A stretch of DNA of 64,000 nt, taken from Intrasporangiaceae bacterium. Its GTDB lineage: Bacteria; Actinomycetota; Actinomycetes; Actinomycetales; Dermatophilaceae. Below, one piece after another: positions 1 through 14,333 of the stretch (positions within the stretch are counted from its first letter, which is position 1; every line of letters starts with the position of its first letter). The notes beneath the pieces are model-generated. The model searched no databases and had not been told where the DNA came from. It saw only the letters and a list, made by a program, of their open reading frames with translations. The position numbers and the translations under genes are program-made. The DNA is taken from contig DUPF01000277.1 in the NCBI GenBank assembly GCA_012838445.1, forward strand, positions 63-64,062, in the 5' to 3' direction.

Positions 1-1501
1 CGATGCTCGGCCGGTCGAGCAGCGCCCACGCGTCGAGGAGCAGTGCTGCGGCGTAGCCGTCGGCGGCGACCGGTTCGGCCCCCGGTGTGGCGATGACGAC
101 GGCGGGCTCCGCCGGAACATCGGCAAGCACGGTGGCCGCCCCGGAGGTGTGCACCGGCACCCCGGGGAACGCCCGGCCAATCTCCTCCGCGGTCCGGCGC
201 GCCCCGATGACCAGGGCCCGCACGCTGCGACCGTTGCATTGCGGGCACCGGAAGTCCGGCTCGCGGCGATGACACAGCCGACAGAGCAGGACACCGTCGC
301 GTCCGCTCAGTCCCAGCGTCCCGCCGCACTCGCGGCACTGGGCGCGCCGTCGGCAGTGCTGACAGGCCAGGGACGGCACATACCCGCGGCGCGGCACCTG
401 CACGAGGACCGGGCCGTGCTCCAGGGCCGCCCGGGCGGTGCGCCAGGCGACCCCGGGGATGCGGGCCCGGGCGACGACCGGGTCGAGGTCCCGTTCGTGC
501 TCGTCACCGGCGATGACGGTCCGCGGTGCCGCCGCCCGGACCGCGACCCGAGCGGCACCGATGTCCTTGACGACGTCGCCCTCGACCCACCCCTGGATCG
601 GGACCGAGCGGGCGAATCCCCCGGTCAGCAGGGCGGCCTCCTCGATCCGGGCCCGGGCGGCGACGATGTCGCGGACATGGGGGTATGGGGCCCGCGGCTC
701 CTCCCACAGGTCGTCCCCGTCGTCCCACCAGGCGATCAGCCCCAGGTCGCGCACCGGTGCCCACGCTGCCGCCCGGGTCCCGATCGCGACCGGCACGTGA
801 CCGCGCAGCACCTTCAGGAACGCCGTGTAGCGCGCCTGCGGACCCTGGGCCGCGGTGAGCAGCACGTGGTTGGAGCCGCCGAGCCGTTCGATGACCGCTG
901 CCTCGAGGCGCGCCACGTCCCGGTGGTCGGGGGCGAGGAGGATGGCCCCCCGTCCGGACAGCACGGCGGCGGCAGCGGCATCGGCCAGCGCCGCCGGCCA
1001 GTCCACCGCGGGATCCCGTGCCGGCAGCGCCGTCCATGCCCCCCACGGACTGTCGCCATCGGCCAGGCGGCGCACCAGCGCCGCTCCGGCGGGATAGCGC
1101 CGCCACGGCGCGGAGTCGCCGTCCCAGACGAGTGCCTCCTGCTCGGGGGGCTCCGCCGCGAGCGCCTTCTCGGCCCGGGCATGGCGGGGTGGGACGGCCA
1201 GGCGGAGGACGTCGCCGGTGAGCCCGGCATACTCCCTCGCGACCTGTTGCGCGGCCGCGAGCACCGACGGCAGCAGCACCGGTTCCGGGGAGACCAGCCG
1301 CCGGATCGGCTGCAACCGACCCGGGTGCTCGGCCTCCTCCCGGACCTCGACGACGAACCCGTTGAGGTCCCGCCCGGCGAAGCGGACCTTGACCCGCACA
1401 CCCGGCGCCACCCCCTCGGCGAGATCCTCCGGAATGGCGTATTCGAAGGCTCGGTCCAGGTGCGCCAGGCCGGTGTCGACAAGGACCGCGGCCACGCTCA
1501 T
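1..1501 (-). CDS. priA: Primosomal protein N' (3' part runs off window start)
   Basis: Not in the ORF track because it has no stop in the window. Manual reading from ATG at 1501 gives MSVAAVLVDTGLAHLDRAFEYAIPE; later Cys pairs (C..C) fit the zinc-binding region; position downstream of metK is typical. Confidence 0.9.
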   Translation of the reverse strand, partial: MSVAAVLVDTGLAHLDRAFEYAIPEDLAEGVAPGVRVKVRFAGRDLNGFVVEVREEAEHPGRLQPIRRLVSPEPVLLPSVLAAAQQVAREYAGLTGDVLRLAVPPRHARAEKALAAEPPEQEALVWDGDSAPWRRYPAGAALVRRLADGDSPWGAWTALPARDPAVDWPAALADAAAAAVLSGRGAILLAPDHRDVARLEAAVIERLGGSNHVLLTAAQGPQARYTAFLKVLRGHVPVAIGTRAAAWAPVRDLGLIAWWDDGDDLWEEPRAPYPHVRDIVAARARIEEAALLTGGFARSVPIQGWVEGDVVKDIGAARVAVRAAAPRTVIAGDEHERDLDPVVARARIPGVAWRTARAALEHGPVLVQVPRRGYVPSLACQHCRRRAQCRECGGTLGLSGRDGVLLCRLCHRREPDFRCPQCNGRSVRALVIGARRTAEEIGRAFPGVPVHTSGAATVLADVPAEPAVVIATPGAEPVAADGYAAALLLDAWALLDRPSI

Positions 1502-1508
1502 GGAGATG

Positions 1509-1530
1509 ACCCTATGCGGCCCGGCCGACA
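1509..1530 (-). promoter_or_regulatory. PafBC/RecA-NDp-type promoter of leaderless priA
   Basis: Minus strand reads TGTCGG-N10-TAGGGT, then 7 nt, then ATG; matches the TGTCGG-N10-TA-N3-T consensus. Confidence 0.7.
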
Positions 1531-1579
1531 GCCCGGGCCCGGCGCCACTCCCGCGCTATCGGGCGCCCCCACCCAACGA

Positions 1580-2800
1580 TCAGCCGCGGACCGCGCGCTG
1601 CAGCGCCTCGACCCGGTCGGTGCGCTCCCACGTGAACGCGTCGGTGATACCGGGGGCGGAGGGCCGCCCGAAGTGGCCGTAGGAGGCGGTCGGCCGGTAG
1701 ATCGGCCGGAGCAGGTCGAGATCCTCGACGATCGCCGCGGGCCGCAGGTCGAAGACCTGAGTGATCGCCGCCTGGATCTTCTCGATCGGGGCCCGCTCGG
1801 TGCCGAAGGTCTCGACGTAGAGGCCGACCGGGTGGGCCTTGCCGATCGCATAGGCGACCTGCACCTCGCAGCGGGAGGCCAGACCCGCGGCGACGACGTT
1901 CTTGGCGACCCAGCGCAACGCATACGCCGCGGACCGGTCCACCTTCGAAGGGTCCTTGCCGGAGAAGGCACCGCCGCCGTGACGGGCCATCCCGCCGTAG
2001 GTGTCGACGATGATCTTGCGCCCGGTCAGTCCGGCGTCACCCATCGGGCCGCCGATCTCGAACCGGCCGGTCGGGTTGACGAGGGTGCGGTAGTCGGAGA
2101 CGTCGATGCCGTGGGTGTCGTGCGCCAGCCCGGCGAGCACCGGCTCGATGACGTGCTCCTTGATGTCCGGGATGAGCAGGTCGTCCAGGGAGATGTCCGC
2201 GGCGTGCTGGGTGGAGACGACGACCGTGTCCAGGCGCACCGCCCGGTCGCCGTCGTACTCGATCGTCACCTGGGTCTTGCCGTCCGGACGCAGGTAGGCG
2301 ACCGTGCCGTCCTTGCGGACCGCGGTCAGCTGCTCGGCGAGCCGGTGGGCGAGGTAGATCGGCAGCGGCATGAGCTCCGGGGTGTCCTCGCAGGCATACC
2401 CGAACATCAGCCCCTGGTCGCCTGCGCCCTGCTTGTCGAGCGGGTCGACCCCACCGGTGCGGTTCTCGTATGCGGTGTCCACCCCTTGCGCGATGTCCGC
2501 GCTCTGGCTGCCGATCGAGATGGACACGCCGCACGTCGCGCCGTCGAAGCCCTTGGTCGAGGAGTCGTAGCCGATCTCGACGATCGTGTCGCGCACGATC
2601 TTCGGGATCTCGACGTAGGCCTCGGTCGTGACCTCCCCGGCGACGTGGACCAGCCCGGTCGTCACCATGGTCTCGACGGCGACCCGGGCCCGGGGGTCCT
2701 GCTCGAGGATCGCGTCGAGGATCGAGTCCGAGATCTGGTCGCAGATCTTGTCCGGGTGTCCCTCGGTCACGGATTCGGACGAGAAGAGGCGTCCAGCCAC
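1580..2800 (-). CDS. metK: S-adenosylmethionine synthetase
   Basis: [19 protein letters not shown] and GGGAFSGKD motifs; GTG start at 2800 with GAAGGAG SD. Confidence 0.98.
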   Translation of the reverse strand: MAGRLFSSESVTEGHPDKICDQISDSILDAILEQDPRARVAVETMVTTGLVHVAGEVTTEAYVEIPKIVRDTIVEIGYDSSTKGFDGATCGVSISIGSQSADIAQGVDTAYENRTGGVDPLDKQGAGDQGLMFGYACEDTPELMPLPIYLAHRLAEQLTAVRKDGTVAYLRPDGKTQVTIEYDGDRAVRLDTVVVSTQHAADISLDDLLIPDIKEHVIEPVLAGLAHDTHGIDVSDYRTLVNPTGRFEIGGPMGDAGLTGRKIIVDTYGGMARHGGGAFSGKDPSKVDRSAAYALRWVAKNVVAAGLASRCEVQVAYAIGKAHPVGLYVETFGTERAPIEKIQAAITQVFDLRPAAIVEDLDLLRPIYRPTASYGHFGRPSAPGITDAFTWERTDRVEALQRAVRG

Positions 2801-2871
2801 GGGGGCTCCTTCGGTGCAGGTGGATGTGGTGCAGGTCCAGTGATGGTCCGCAGGCAGTCTAGACGGCCGGG

Positions 2872-4158
2872 TCAGCCGGTCGTGACGGCGGCGACGACCG
2901 CGTCGAGGATGCCGTGCGCGATGACGTCCTTGCCGGCCGGGCCGAGGTCGGCGACGGGTTCGTGCTGACCGCGGCGCAGGATGTGGACGGTGTTGTCGTC
3001 GCGGCCGAAGGTCTTGTCGGTGCCGACCTCGTTGACGACGAGCAGGTCGCAGCCCTTGCGCTCCAGTTTGGCCCGCCCGAGGTCGAGGACCGAGCCGGTG
3101 TCGTCGCCGGTCTCGGCGGCGAAGCCGACGATGAGCGGGCGGGGGGTGCTGCCGCGCTGGGTGACGAGTCCGGCGAGGATGTCCGGGTTGCGGACCAGTT
3201 CGATCGTCGGTGCGGCGTCCGGGTCGCCCGGGTCGTGGGTCTTCTTGATCTTGCGGTCCGCGTAGTGCGCGGGCCGGAAGTCCGCGACGGCGGCCGCCAT
3301 GATGACCACGTCGGCCCCCGCGACGGCGGTCTCGGTGGCGGTCTTGAGCTCCAGGGCGGTGCTGACGGACACGACGTCGACCCCGGTCGGTGGGTCGACC
3401 TCGCCGTGGGCGAGGACGAGGGTGACGTCCGCGCCGCGGTCCCGGGCGGCGGCGGCCAGCGCCACGCCCTGTTTGCCGGATGACCGGTTGCCGAGGAAGC
3501 GGACCGGGTCGAGGGGTTCGCGGGTGCCGCCCGCGGTGACGACGACGCGCAGCCCGGCCAGGTCGGCTCGGGGGTCTGCGGTGCTCGCCGCTGCCGGGTC
3601 TCCCCCGGCGGTCTGGTCCGACGGGGCAGCGGCGCGGGCGAGCTCCCGCTCGCAGACAGCGAACAGTTCCTCCGGCTCGGGTAGTCGGCCCGGACCGGTG
3701 TCGGCGCCGGTGAGTCGGCCGGAGGCGGGCGGGACGATGTGCACGCCGCGGGCGGAGAGGGTGGCGACGTTGTCCTGGGTGGCCGGGTGCTCCCACATCT
3801 CGGTGTGCATCGCCGGTGCCATGACGACCGGGCAGCGTGCTGTGAGCAGGGTGTTCGTGAGCAGGTCGTCGGCGAGGCCGGCGGCCGCCTTGGCGAGCAG
3901 GTCCGCGGTGGCCGGGGCGACGATGACGAGGTCGGCGCTCTGCCCGATCCGCACGTGCGGGACGTCGTGGACGTCGGTCCACACGTCGGTGGCGACCGGG
4001 CGACCGGACAGGGCGGCCCAGGTCGGCTCGCCGACGAAGCGCAAGGCGCTCTGGGTCGGCACGACGGTCACGTCGTGGCCGGATTCCTTGAGCAGGCGCA
4101 GCAGCAGGGCCACCTTGTAGGCGGCGATGCCTCCGGTGACTCCGAGGACGACATGCAC
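2872..4158 (-). CDS. coaBC: Bifunctional phosphopantothenoylcysteine decarboxylase/synthase
   Basis: [18 protein letters not shown] and [20 protein letters not shown] motifs. Confidence 0.97.
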   Translation of the reverse strand: MHVVLGVTGGIAAYKVALLLRLLKESGHDVTVVPTQSALRFVGEPTWAALSGRPVATDVWTDVHDVPHVRIGQSADLVIVAPATADLLAKAAAGLADDLLTNTLLTARCPVVMAPAMHTEMWEHPATQDNVATLSARGVHIVPPASGRLTGADTGPGRLPEPEELFAVCERELARAAAPSDQTAGGDPAAASTADPRADLAGLRVVVTAGGTREPLDPVRFLGNRSSGKQGVALAAAARDRGADVTLVLAHGEVDPPTGVDVVSVSTALELKTATETAVAGADVVIMAAAVADFRPAHYADRKIKKTHDPGDPDAAPTIELVRNPDILAGLVTQRGSTPRPLIVGFAAETGDDTGSVLDLGRAKLERKGCDLLVVNEVGTDKTFGRDDNTVHILRRGQHEPVADLGPAGKDVIAHGILDAVVAAVTTG

Positions 4159-4193
4159 GTCAGTTCGTCTCCTGACGTCGCGGGATCGTGGTC

Positions 4194-4451
4194 TCAGCCC
4201 TCGGGGGTGGCGATGAGGAGGTCCTCATTGATCTCCCGCAGCGCGATGGACAGCGGCTTCTCGTGCTGCTGGGCCTCCACGAGCGGGCCGACGTACTCGA
4301 GCAGCCCCTCCTCGAGCTGGGAGTAGTAGGCGTTGATCTGGCGGGCGCGCTTGGCCGAGTAGATGACCAGCGCATACTTGCTGTCGGCCTTGGTGAGCAG
4401 CTCGTCGATCGGGGGGTTGGTGATGCCGATCGGTTCGACGATTGCGGGCAC
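4194..4451 (-). CDS. rpoZ: RNA polymerase omega subunit
   Basis: [11 protein letters not shown]...[16 protein letters not shown]...[10 protein letters not shown]. Confidence 0.97.
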   Translation of the reverse strand: MPAIVEPIGITNPPIDELLTKADSKYALVIYSAKRARQINAYYSQLEEGLLEYVGPLVEAQQHEKPLSIALREINEDLLIATPEG

Positions 4452-4461
4452 GGTGATTCTC

Positions 4462-5025
4462 CTAAGGTTCTTGGGATCTCATCAATGATACGAGTTCTTC
4501 GGCGGCACGCCGAACATCGTCGTTGACGATGACGACGTCGAACTCCTCCGCGGCGGCCATCTCGACCCGGGCGGTCTCGAGTCGGCGGCGGCGTTCCTCG
4601 GCTCCTTCGGTGCCGCGTCCGATGAGCCGGCGGATCAGTTCCTCCCAGCTCGGCGGGGCGAGGAAGACGAACAGCGCCTCCGGCATCGACGCACGCACCT
4701 GCCGGGCACCTTGCAGGTCGATCTCGAGCAGTGGGGTGCGCCCGTCGGCCACGGCCTGCTCGACGGCGTGGCGCGGGGTGCCGTAGCGGTGCCGCCCGTG
4801 GACGAGCGCCCACTCGAGCATGTCGCCTCGCTCGACCATGTCGTCGAACTGCTCGGCGGTGACGAAGTAGTAGTGCCGGCCGTCGATCTCACCCGGGCGG
4901 GGGGGCCGCGTCGTCGCCGAGATCGAGAGCCACACCTGCGGGAAGTTCTCCCGGATGTAGGTCGAGATCGTCCCCTTGCCGACCGCGGTGGGGCCGGCGA
5001 GGACCACGGGGCGGGGACGGTTCAT
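4462..5025 (-). CDS. gmk: Guanylate kinase
   Basis: [10 protein letters not shown]-loop, [23 protein letters not shown]. Confidence 0.97.
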   Translation of the reverse strand: MNRPRPVVLAGPTAVGKGTISTYIRENFPQVWLSISATTRPPRPGEIDGRHYYFVTAEQFDDMVERGDMLEWALVHGRHRYGTPRHAVEQAVADGRTPLLEIDLQGARQVRASMPEALFVFLAPPSWEELIRRLIGRGTEGAEERRRRLETARVEMAAAEEFDVVIVNDDVRRAAEELVSLMRSQEP

Positions 5026-5031
5026 GGAGTG

Positions 5032-5037
5032 AACCTA
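5032..5037 (-). promoter_or_regulatory. -10 element of probable leaderless gmk
   Basis: TAGGTT lies 6 nt before the ATG and there is no SD. Confidence 0.55.
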
Positions 5038-5101
5038 TCGTGGCGGCGCGGGATCCGGTTCGGTGCTCCCGGCGAAACGCCGACCGCGGCACACTCGTGG
5101 A

Positions 5102-5127
5102 CCGGTCCCGGATCGCTCCGGGACCGG
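5102..5127 (-). terminator. Hairpin/terminator downstream of mihF
   Basis: Perfect 11-bp stem CCGGTCCCGGA-TCGC-TCCGGGACCGG. Confidence 0.6.
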
Positions 5128-5159
5128 GTTCGGCCGCAGCTCGTTCGGGTCGCAGCGCC

Positions 5160-5492
5160 CTATTCGGGGATCTTCTCGACCGCGGCGAAGCGGCGGACCA
5201 GGGCGTCGGTCTGCTTGGCGCCCAGGCCGCGCACGCGGCGGGATGCGGCGATGCCGACCTCGTCCATGATCTGCTTGGCCCGGACCCGACCGACGCCGGG
5301 CATCGACTCCAGGAGGGCGCTGACGCGCATCTTGCCGATCGCGTCGTTCTCCTTGCCGTCGGCGATGACCTGTTCGATCGAGTCCGCGGAGGACTTGAGC
5401 CGGGTCTTGACGGCAGCCCGCTCGCGGCGGGCCTCGGCAGCGCGTTCCAGGGCGGCGGCGCGCTGCTCGGGTGTCAGGGGCGGAAGGGCCAC
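5160..5492 (-). CDS. mihF: Actinobacterial integration host factor
   Basis: MALPPLTPEQRAAALE...GKMRVSALLESMPGVG; lies between pyrF and gmk. Confidence 0.96.
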   Translation of the reverse strand: MALPPLTPEQRAAALERAAEARRERAAVKTRLKSSADSIEQVIADGKENDAIGKMRVSALLESMPGVGRVRAKQIMDEVGIAASRRVRGLGAKQTDALVRRFAAVEKIPE

Positions 5493-5622
5493 TTCTTGAA
5501 CTCCTTGCGCGGAAATGGACGATCAGGCTGGTCGGAGAAGAGGACTGGTGCGATGCGGGACGCCGGTTCTGGACGACTCGCCATCAGGCAACGGTACCCC
5601 TCCGTGCGCCTTCGACTGGGGT

Positions 5623-6468
5623 TTAAGCCTCGGCCGCGGCGGCCTCTCGCCGGGCGGCGTTCCGCAGTGCGGACACCGTCGGCCCGGCCCGCAGGATGGC
5701 GCGACTGCTGCTTGCGAGCACGTTCCCCCGGGCCTGGCCGAAGACGGTCTGCAGGTCCTCCTCGGTGGCGCCCTGAGCACCGATCCCGGGAGCGAGGATG
5801 GGTCCGTTGACGGCTGCGAGGTCGATGCCGAGGTCCTGGACCGCGCTCCCGACGGTCGCTCCGACGACGAGACCGACGTGACCGAGTTCACCCCGCCAGG
5901 CGGCTGCGGCGTTGTCCTCGGCGGCGCCGCGGGCCACCGCGGCAGCGACCGACTCCCCGTCGAGGGTGGCGTGCTGCACGTCCGCGCCCTCCGGGTTGGA
6001 GGTCAGGCACAGGACGAAGACACCCCGCCCGTTCGCGGCGGCCAGGTCGATCGCGGGCCGCAGCGAGCCATACCCCAGATAGGGGCTGACCGTGACCGCA
6101 TCCGGTGCGGCCGGGGCGTGCGGGCCGAGGAACGCCTGCGCGTAGGCCTCCATCGTTGATCCGATGTCGCCGCGTTTGGCGTCGAGGATGACGAGGGAGC
6201 CGAGCTCCCGGGCCCCGTCGATGACCCGTTCGAGCAGGGCGATCCCCCGGGCCCCGAATACCTCGAAGAACGCCGACTGGGGTTTGATCGCGGCGACGTG
6301 TCCGCCGAGTGCCTCGACGCAGGTCATCGCGAACCGCTCCACCCCCGCCAGGTCGTAGGTCAGGCTCCACTCCTGGACGAGGCTGCGGTGCGGGTCGATC
6401 CCGGCGCACAGCGGACCGTATGCGGTCATCGCCTCCCGCAGCCGCTCACCGAATCCTGGTCTGCCCAT
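5623..6468 (-). CDS. pyrF: Orotidine-5'-phosphate decarboxylase
   Basis: LCAGIDPH, KPQSAFFE and DAKRGDIGST motifs. ATG at 6468 has a GGAG SD; an alternative GTG start at 6543 overlaps the pyrD stop. Confidence 0.95.
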   Translation of the reverse strand: MGRPGFGERLREAMTAYGPLCAGIDPHRSLVQEWSLTYDLAGVERFAMTCVEALGGHVAAIKPQSAFFEVFGARGIALLERVIDGARELGSLVILDAKRGDIGSTMEAYAQAFLGPHAPAAPDAVTVSPYLGYGSLRPAIDLAAANGRGVFVLCLTSNPEGADVQHATLDGESVAAAVARGAAEDNAAAAWRGELGHVGLVVGATVGSAVQDLGIDLAAVNGPILAPGIGAQGATEEDLQTVFGQARGNVLASSSRAILRAGPTVSALRNAARREAAAAEA

Positions 6469-6539
6469 GTGTGGTTCTCCGATCTGTGTGGCTGGCGGCT
6501 CTGTCTGTGCCGATTCCTGGCTGGCTCCGGCGGTCGGGC

Positions 6540-7535
6540 TCACCCGCGGTGCGCCGCCCCGACGGCATCGCGCACGGAGCCGAAGCCGCGGGCCGCCAAC
6601 TCGTGGGCGAGTTCGTCGCGGACCCGGACCGGGGCGAGCGGGTCGTTGAAGACGACGGTGCCGACCTGGACAGCGGTGGCACCGGCGACGATGAGTTCCA
6701 TGGCGTCCCGTCCGGTGCGCACTCCCCCGACCCCGATGATCGGGACGGTGGGGATGCGGCCCTCCCGCATGGCGCTGCGCACCTGCCAGACGGCACGCAC
6801 CGCCATCGGCCGGATCGCCGGCCCGGACAGCCCGCCGGTGACGCCGGCGACCTGGGGGCGCATCCGGTCCAGGTCGATGACCATGCCCAGGGTGGTGTTG
6901 ATCATCGTCAGGCCGGTGGCACCGGCCTTGAGGCAGGCGGCGGCGATGTCGACGATGTCGGTGACGTCCGGGCTGAGTTTGGCGATGATCGGGGTGTCCC
7001 GCGGCAGCGCCTCCCGCACGAGGGTCATCACCCGGGCCGAGGCGCCCGGGTCGCAGGCGAACACCTGGCCCCGGTTGGCGACGTTCGGGCAGGAGATGTT
7101 GACCTCGACGCCGACGACATGGTCGAAGTGCGGGGAGGCGGCGAGGAGCGCGGCGACCTCGGCGAACTCGGTGCCGCTGCCCCCGGCGATGGAGACGAGC
7201 ACCCGGGCGTCGTGGGCGGCGAGCCAGGCGAGGTCGTTGGCGACGAAGGCCTCGATGCCCGGTCCCTGCAGCCCGATCGAGTTGAGCATCCCGCTCGGGG
7301 TCTCCGCCATGCGCGGGGTGCCCCGTCCGGATCGCGGCTCGCGCATGACCGACTTGGTCACGAAGGACCCGAGTTCACGCACGTCGAAGAACCGGTGCAG
7401 TTCCGGGCCGTTGGCCGCGCAACCGGAGGCGGTCATGAGCGGGTTGGGCAGCACTGCCGCCCCGGGGACCGGACCGATGTCGACACGCAGGTCGACCGGC
7501 GGGGCGGTGGTCGCTGCGACAGGTGGGTTCGTCAT
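6540..7535 (-). CDS. pyrD: Dihydroorotate dehydrogenase family 1B, catalytic subunit
   Basis: MLNSIGLQGPG, EVNISCPNV, AKLSP, INT and GGLSG motifs; start overlaps the pyrK stop. Confidence 0.95.
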   Translation of the reverse strand: MTNPPVAATTAPPVDLRVDIGPVPGAAVLPNPLMTASGCAANGPELHRFFDVRELGSFVTKSVMREPRSGRGTPRMAETPSGMLNSIGLQGPGIEAFVANDLAWLAAHDARVLVSIAGGSGTEFAEVAALLAASPHFDHVVGVEVNISCPNVANRGQVFACDPGASARVMTLVREALPRDTPIIAKLSPDVTDIVDIAAACLKAGATGLTMINTTLGMVIDLDRMRPQVAGVTGGLSGPAIRPMAVRAVWQVRSAMREGRIPTVPIIGVGGVRTGRDAMELIVAGATAVQVGTVVFNDPLAPVRVRDELAHELAARGFGSVRDAVGAAHRG

Positions 7536-8433
7536 CAGTGCACCTTCATCCCGGCCGCGCCGACGGTGTCTTCGGGGACGGTGCACAGCCCGCCCTCGAA
7601 CGCATCCCAGCGGATCCGGTCCCCCCGGAAGACCGGACCCTCGACACAACTGCGCACCATCCGGGTCACGCCGTCGTTGCCGCGCACCGGGAGCACGCAC
7701 GTCATGCACACCCCGACCCCGCACGCCATGGCCTCCTCGACGGCGACCTGCGCGACCGCCCCGTGCGCGGTGGCGATCCGGGTGACCGACTCGAGCATCC
7801 CCATCGGGCCGCACGCATAGACGACGTGGGCGTCGGTCCTGGTGATGACCTCGGGCAGGACGTCGGAGACCCAGCCGCGGTGCCCGGCGGAGCCGTCGTC
7901 GGTGCACACGGTGACGCCGTCGGCGGACCGGCGCGCGTCGACGACCCCGAACAGTTTGGACTCGGTCGCCGCGCCGAGGACCATCTCGACGTGGCAGCCC
8001 CGCTCCCGGAGCCGTTCGGCGAGCCAGAACAGCGGGGCCGAGCCGTAGCCGCCGCCGACGAGGACACACGCCGGGGGCGACTCCTGGACGGTCGGCAGCG
8101 GGAACGGCCGACCGAGCGGGCCGATGATGCTCGTCGTGTCGTGCGGGCGCAGGGCACTGATCCATTCGGTGCCGACCCCGACCGCGGAGACGACGACATC
8201 GACGGTCCCGCCGTAGGTGCCGCTCGGGGTGACCTGGTGGATCGAGAAGCAGCGACGCAGCAGATTCGCACTCGTCGGGCCGCCGACGGCGAGGGCGACG
8301 AAGTGCCCGGGTCGGGCCAGTTCGGCGATCCCGGGGGCGACGAACGTCAGGTGCTGGTATGCGCCCACCCGCCTCGTCGCGACGAGCTCACCGGTGACCT
8401 CGACCACCTGGGTCTCCAATCCTCGGGCGGTGC

Positions 8434-8437
<4 letters not shown>
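7535..8437 (-). CDS. pyrK: Dihydroorotate dehydrogenase electron transfer subunit
   Basis: RRCFS FAD motif, [14 protein letters not shown] and 2Fe-2S motif [11 protein letters not shown]...C.EGPVF. Confidence 0.93.
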
Positions 8438-11762
<3,325 letters not shown>

Positions 11763-11763
<1 letters not shown>

Positions 11764-12950
11764 CAGGACGCCACCCCCTCAGTTGGTGAGTTCGTATGCG
11801 ACTGCTGGCTTCTCGCGAGCAGGTCGACGAAGCGGTCGAACAGGTGGGCGGCGTCGTGCGGGCCGCTGGCCGCCTCCGGGTGGTACTGCACCGAGAACGC
11901 GACGAGCTCCTCGGTCCCGTCCGCGGCGCGGCGGTGCACCTCGAGGCCCTCGACGACGTCGTCGTTGAGGCACACGTGGCTGACGGACACGGTGCCGAAC
12001 TCGGTCTCGACGCTCTCCTCCAACGGTGCGGCGACGGCGAAGCCGTGGTTGTGCGAGGTGATCTCGACCCGTCCGGTGCGCCGGTCCTGGACCGGCTGGT
12101 TGATCCCGCGGTGGCCGTAACGCAGTTTGTAGGTCTGCAGGCCGAGGGCCCGGCCGAGGAGCTGGTTGCCGAAGCAGATCCCGAAGTAGGGGATCCCGCG
12201 ATGCAGCACCTCCTGGAGCAGCTCGACCTGGGTGTCGGCGGTCTGCGGATCGCCGGGGCCGTTGGAGAAGAACACCCCGTCCGGGGCGACGGCCAGGACG
12301 TCCTCGATCGTCGCCGACGCGGGCAGGACGTGCACCTCGATCCCGCGGGCGGTCATCCGCTCGGTCGTCATCGCCTTCAGGCCGAGGTCGACGACGGCGA
12401 CGGTGAAGCGGCGCGGTCCCTCGGCGGGCACGACGTACGGGTGCGGTGTCGTGACCTCCTCGGCGAGCCGTGCTCCGGACATGACCGGCGCGGAGGTGAC
12501 CTGCTCCAGCAGAGCCGCGGGAGGCATACCCTCCAGGGCCGGTCCGGAGAAGATCCCGGCCCGCATGGCGCCGCGCTCGCGCAGGTGCCGGGTCAGCGCG
12601 CGGGTGTCGATGCCGCTGATCCCGACGATCTGCTGGCCGGTGAGGCGGTCCTCGAGGGAGCCGCGGGAGCGCCAGTTCGAGGGGCGGATCGCCGGGTCGC
12701 GCACGACGAGTCCGGCGACCCAGATGCGGGCGGACTCGTCGTCCTCCTCGGTCCAGCCGGTGTTGCCGATGTGCGGGGCGGTCATGACGACGATCTGGCG
12801 GTGGTAGCTCGGGTCGGTCAGCGTCTCCTGGTATCCGGTCATCCCGGTCGAGAACACCGCCTCGCCGAGGGTGCTGCCGAGCGCGCCGTAGGGCTCGCCG
12901 ACGAAGGTGCGTCCGTCCTCGAGGACGAGGAGCGCGGTCTGCCCGGTCAC
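11763..12950 (-). CDS. carA: Carbamoyl-phosphate synthase small subunit
   Basis: [35 protein letters not shown]. Confidence 0.98.
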
Positions 12951-14266
12951 TGGTGGGCCTCCTTGGTGACTGCGTGGCCCTCCCGGGCGGTCACTCGACC
13001 GCGCAGGATGGTGGTATGCACGGCTCCGGTCAGCGTGTGGCCGTGCCAGGGGTTGTTGCGGGAGATCGAGTGCGAGGACTCGCGGTCGACCGTCACGGTC
13101 GCGGTGGGGTCGACGAGGACGAGGTTCGCCGGGGATCCGGTCGCGACCGGGTGGCCGTGCCCGTCCAGGCGGGCGATCCGGGCCGGCGCGAGCGACATCC
13201 GCTCGGCGAGGTCGGCCAGGGTCATCCGCCCGGTGCGGACCATGAGGTCGTGGACGACCGCGAACGCCGTCTCCAGCCCGAGCATCCCGAACGCGGCGTC
13301 GACGAAGGCGTGCTCCTTGTCGTGCCGGGCATGGGGGGCGTGGTCGGTGGCGATCGCGTCGATCGTGCCGTCGACCAGGGCGTCCTGGAGGGCCTCGCGG
13401 TCCTCACTCGGCCGCAGCGGCGGGTTGACCTTGAAGACCGGGTCGTAGCCGCTGAGCAGGCCGAGGTCGAGGGCGAGGTGGTGCGGGGTCACCTCCGCGG
13501 TCATCGCGATACCGCGGGCCTTGGCCCACCGGACCACCTCGACCCCCTCGGCGGTCGTCACGTGCGCGACGTGCACCCGTGATCCGGTGTGCTGGGCGAG
13601 CATCGCGTCCCGGGCGATGATCGCGGACTCGGCGGGGGCGGGCCAGCCGGGCAGGCCGAGCCGGCCGGAGAGTTCGCCCTCGTGGCAGCAGGCGGTGCTG
13701 CCGGCGAGGCTCGGGTCCTGGCTGTGCTGGGAGATGACGCCGTCGAAGGCCCGGATGTACTCCAGGGCGCGGCGCATGACGCGGCCGTCGCCGACGCAGT
13801 GTCCGTCGTCGGAGAACACCCGCACCTTGGCGCGGCTGCGGGCCATGAGTCCGAGTTCGGCGAGTTCGGCACCGGCGAGATCCTTGGTCACCGCCCCGAT
13901 CGGCTGGACGTCGACGAGGCCGGCCCTGGTGCCGAGGTCGAGGATGTGCACCGCGGCCTCGGCGGTGTCGGTCGGCGGGGTGGTGTTCGCCATGGCGAGG
14001 ATCGCGGTGAACCCACCGGCGGCGGCCGCGGCCGAGCCGGTCGCGACCGTCTCGGTGTCCTCCCGGCCGGGTTCGCGCAGGTGGGTGTGCAGGTCGACGA
14101 ATCCGGGCAGCAGGGCCAGCCCGTCGGCGTCGAGGGTCTCCACCCCGTCGGATGGCTCGAGGCCGCCCGGGCGGTCGGTGATCTCGGTGATGACGCCGTC
14201 GGTGATGCGGATGTCGGCCGGGTCGGCGCCGAGGATCCGGGCCCCGGTGATGATCAGGTCGCTCAT
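12947..14266 (-). CDS. pyrC: Dihydroorotase
   Basis: [25 protein letters not shown]. Confidence 0.97.
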   Translation of the reverse strand: MSDLIITGARILGADPADIRITDGVITEITDRPGGLEPSDGVETLDADGLALLPGFVDLHTHLREPGREDTETVATGSAAAAAGGFTAILAMANTTPPTDTAEAAVHILDLGTRAGLVDVQPIGAVTKDLAGAELAELGLMARSRAKVRVFSDDGHCVGDGRVMRRALEYIRAFDGVISQHSQDPSLAGSTACCHEGELSGRLGLPGWPAPAESAIIARDAMLAQHTGSRVHVAHVTTAEGVEVVRWAKARGIAMTAEVTPHHLALDLGLLSGYDPVFKVNPPLRPSEDREALQDALVDGTIDAIATDHAPHARHDKEHAFVDAAFGMLGLETAFAVVHDLMVRTGRMTLADLAERMSLAPARIARLDGHGHPVATGSPANLVLVDPTATVTVDRESSHSISRNNPWHGHTLTGAVHTTILRGRVTAREGHAVTKEAHQ

Positions 14267-14333
14267 GCGGGGTCCTCGCAAAGCATCTGGGGGAGCGCAG
14301 CGGAGGAAGAGCTTTGTGGGGTGCTTCTCATGC
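14262..14333 (-). repeat. MIRU/REP-like intergenic insert with 7-bp flanking direct repeats
   Basis: CTCATGC at 14262-14268 and 14327-14333 flanks a hairpin (CCCCACAAAGC...GCTTTGCGAGG on the minus strand); mini-ORF 14263-14331. Confidence 0.6.

Noticed and set aside
149-2968. 939-aa plus-strand ORF and similar long antisense ORFs (9673-12120, 27440-29962, 31952-35152)
   Set aside because: Shadow frames opposite well-conserved genes, expected at this GC content; no motifs.
1580-3982. 800-aa extended MetK
   Set aside because: The Arg/Pro-rich extension overlaps coaBC in another frame; the real start is GTG at 2800 with an SD.
6469-6543. Second MIRU-like insert between pyrD and pyrF
   Set aside because: It is an in-frame extension without flanking duplication or a clear hairpin; simply an ambiguous start.
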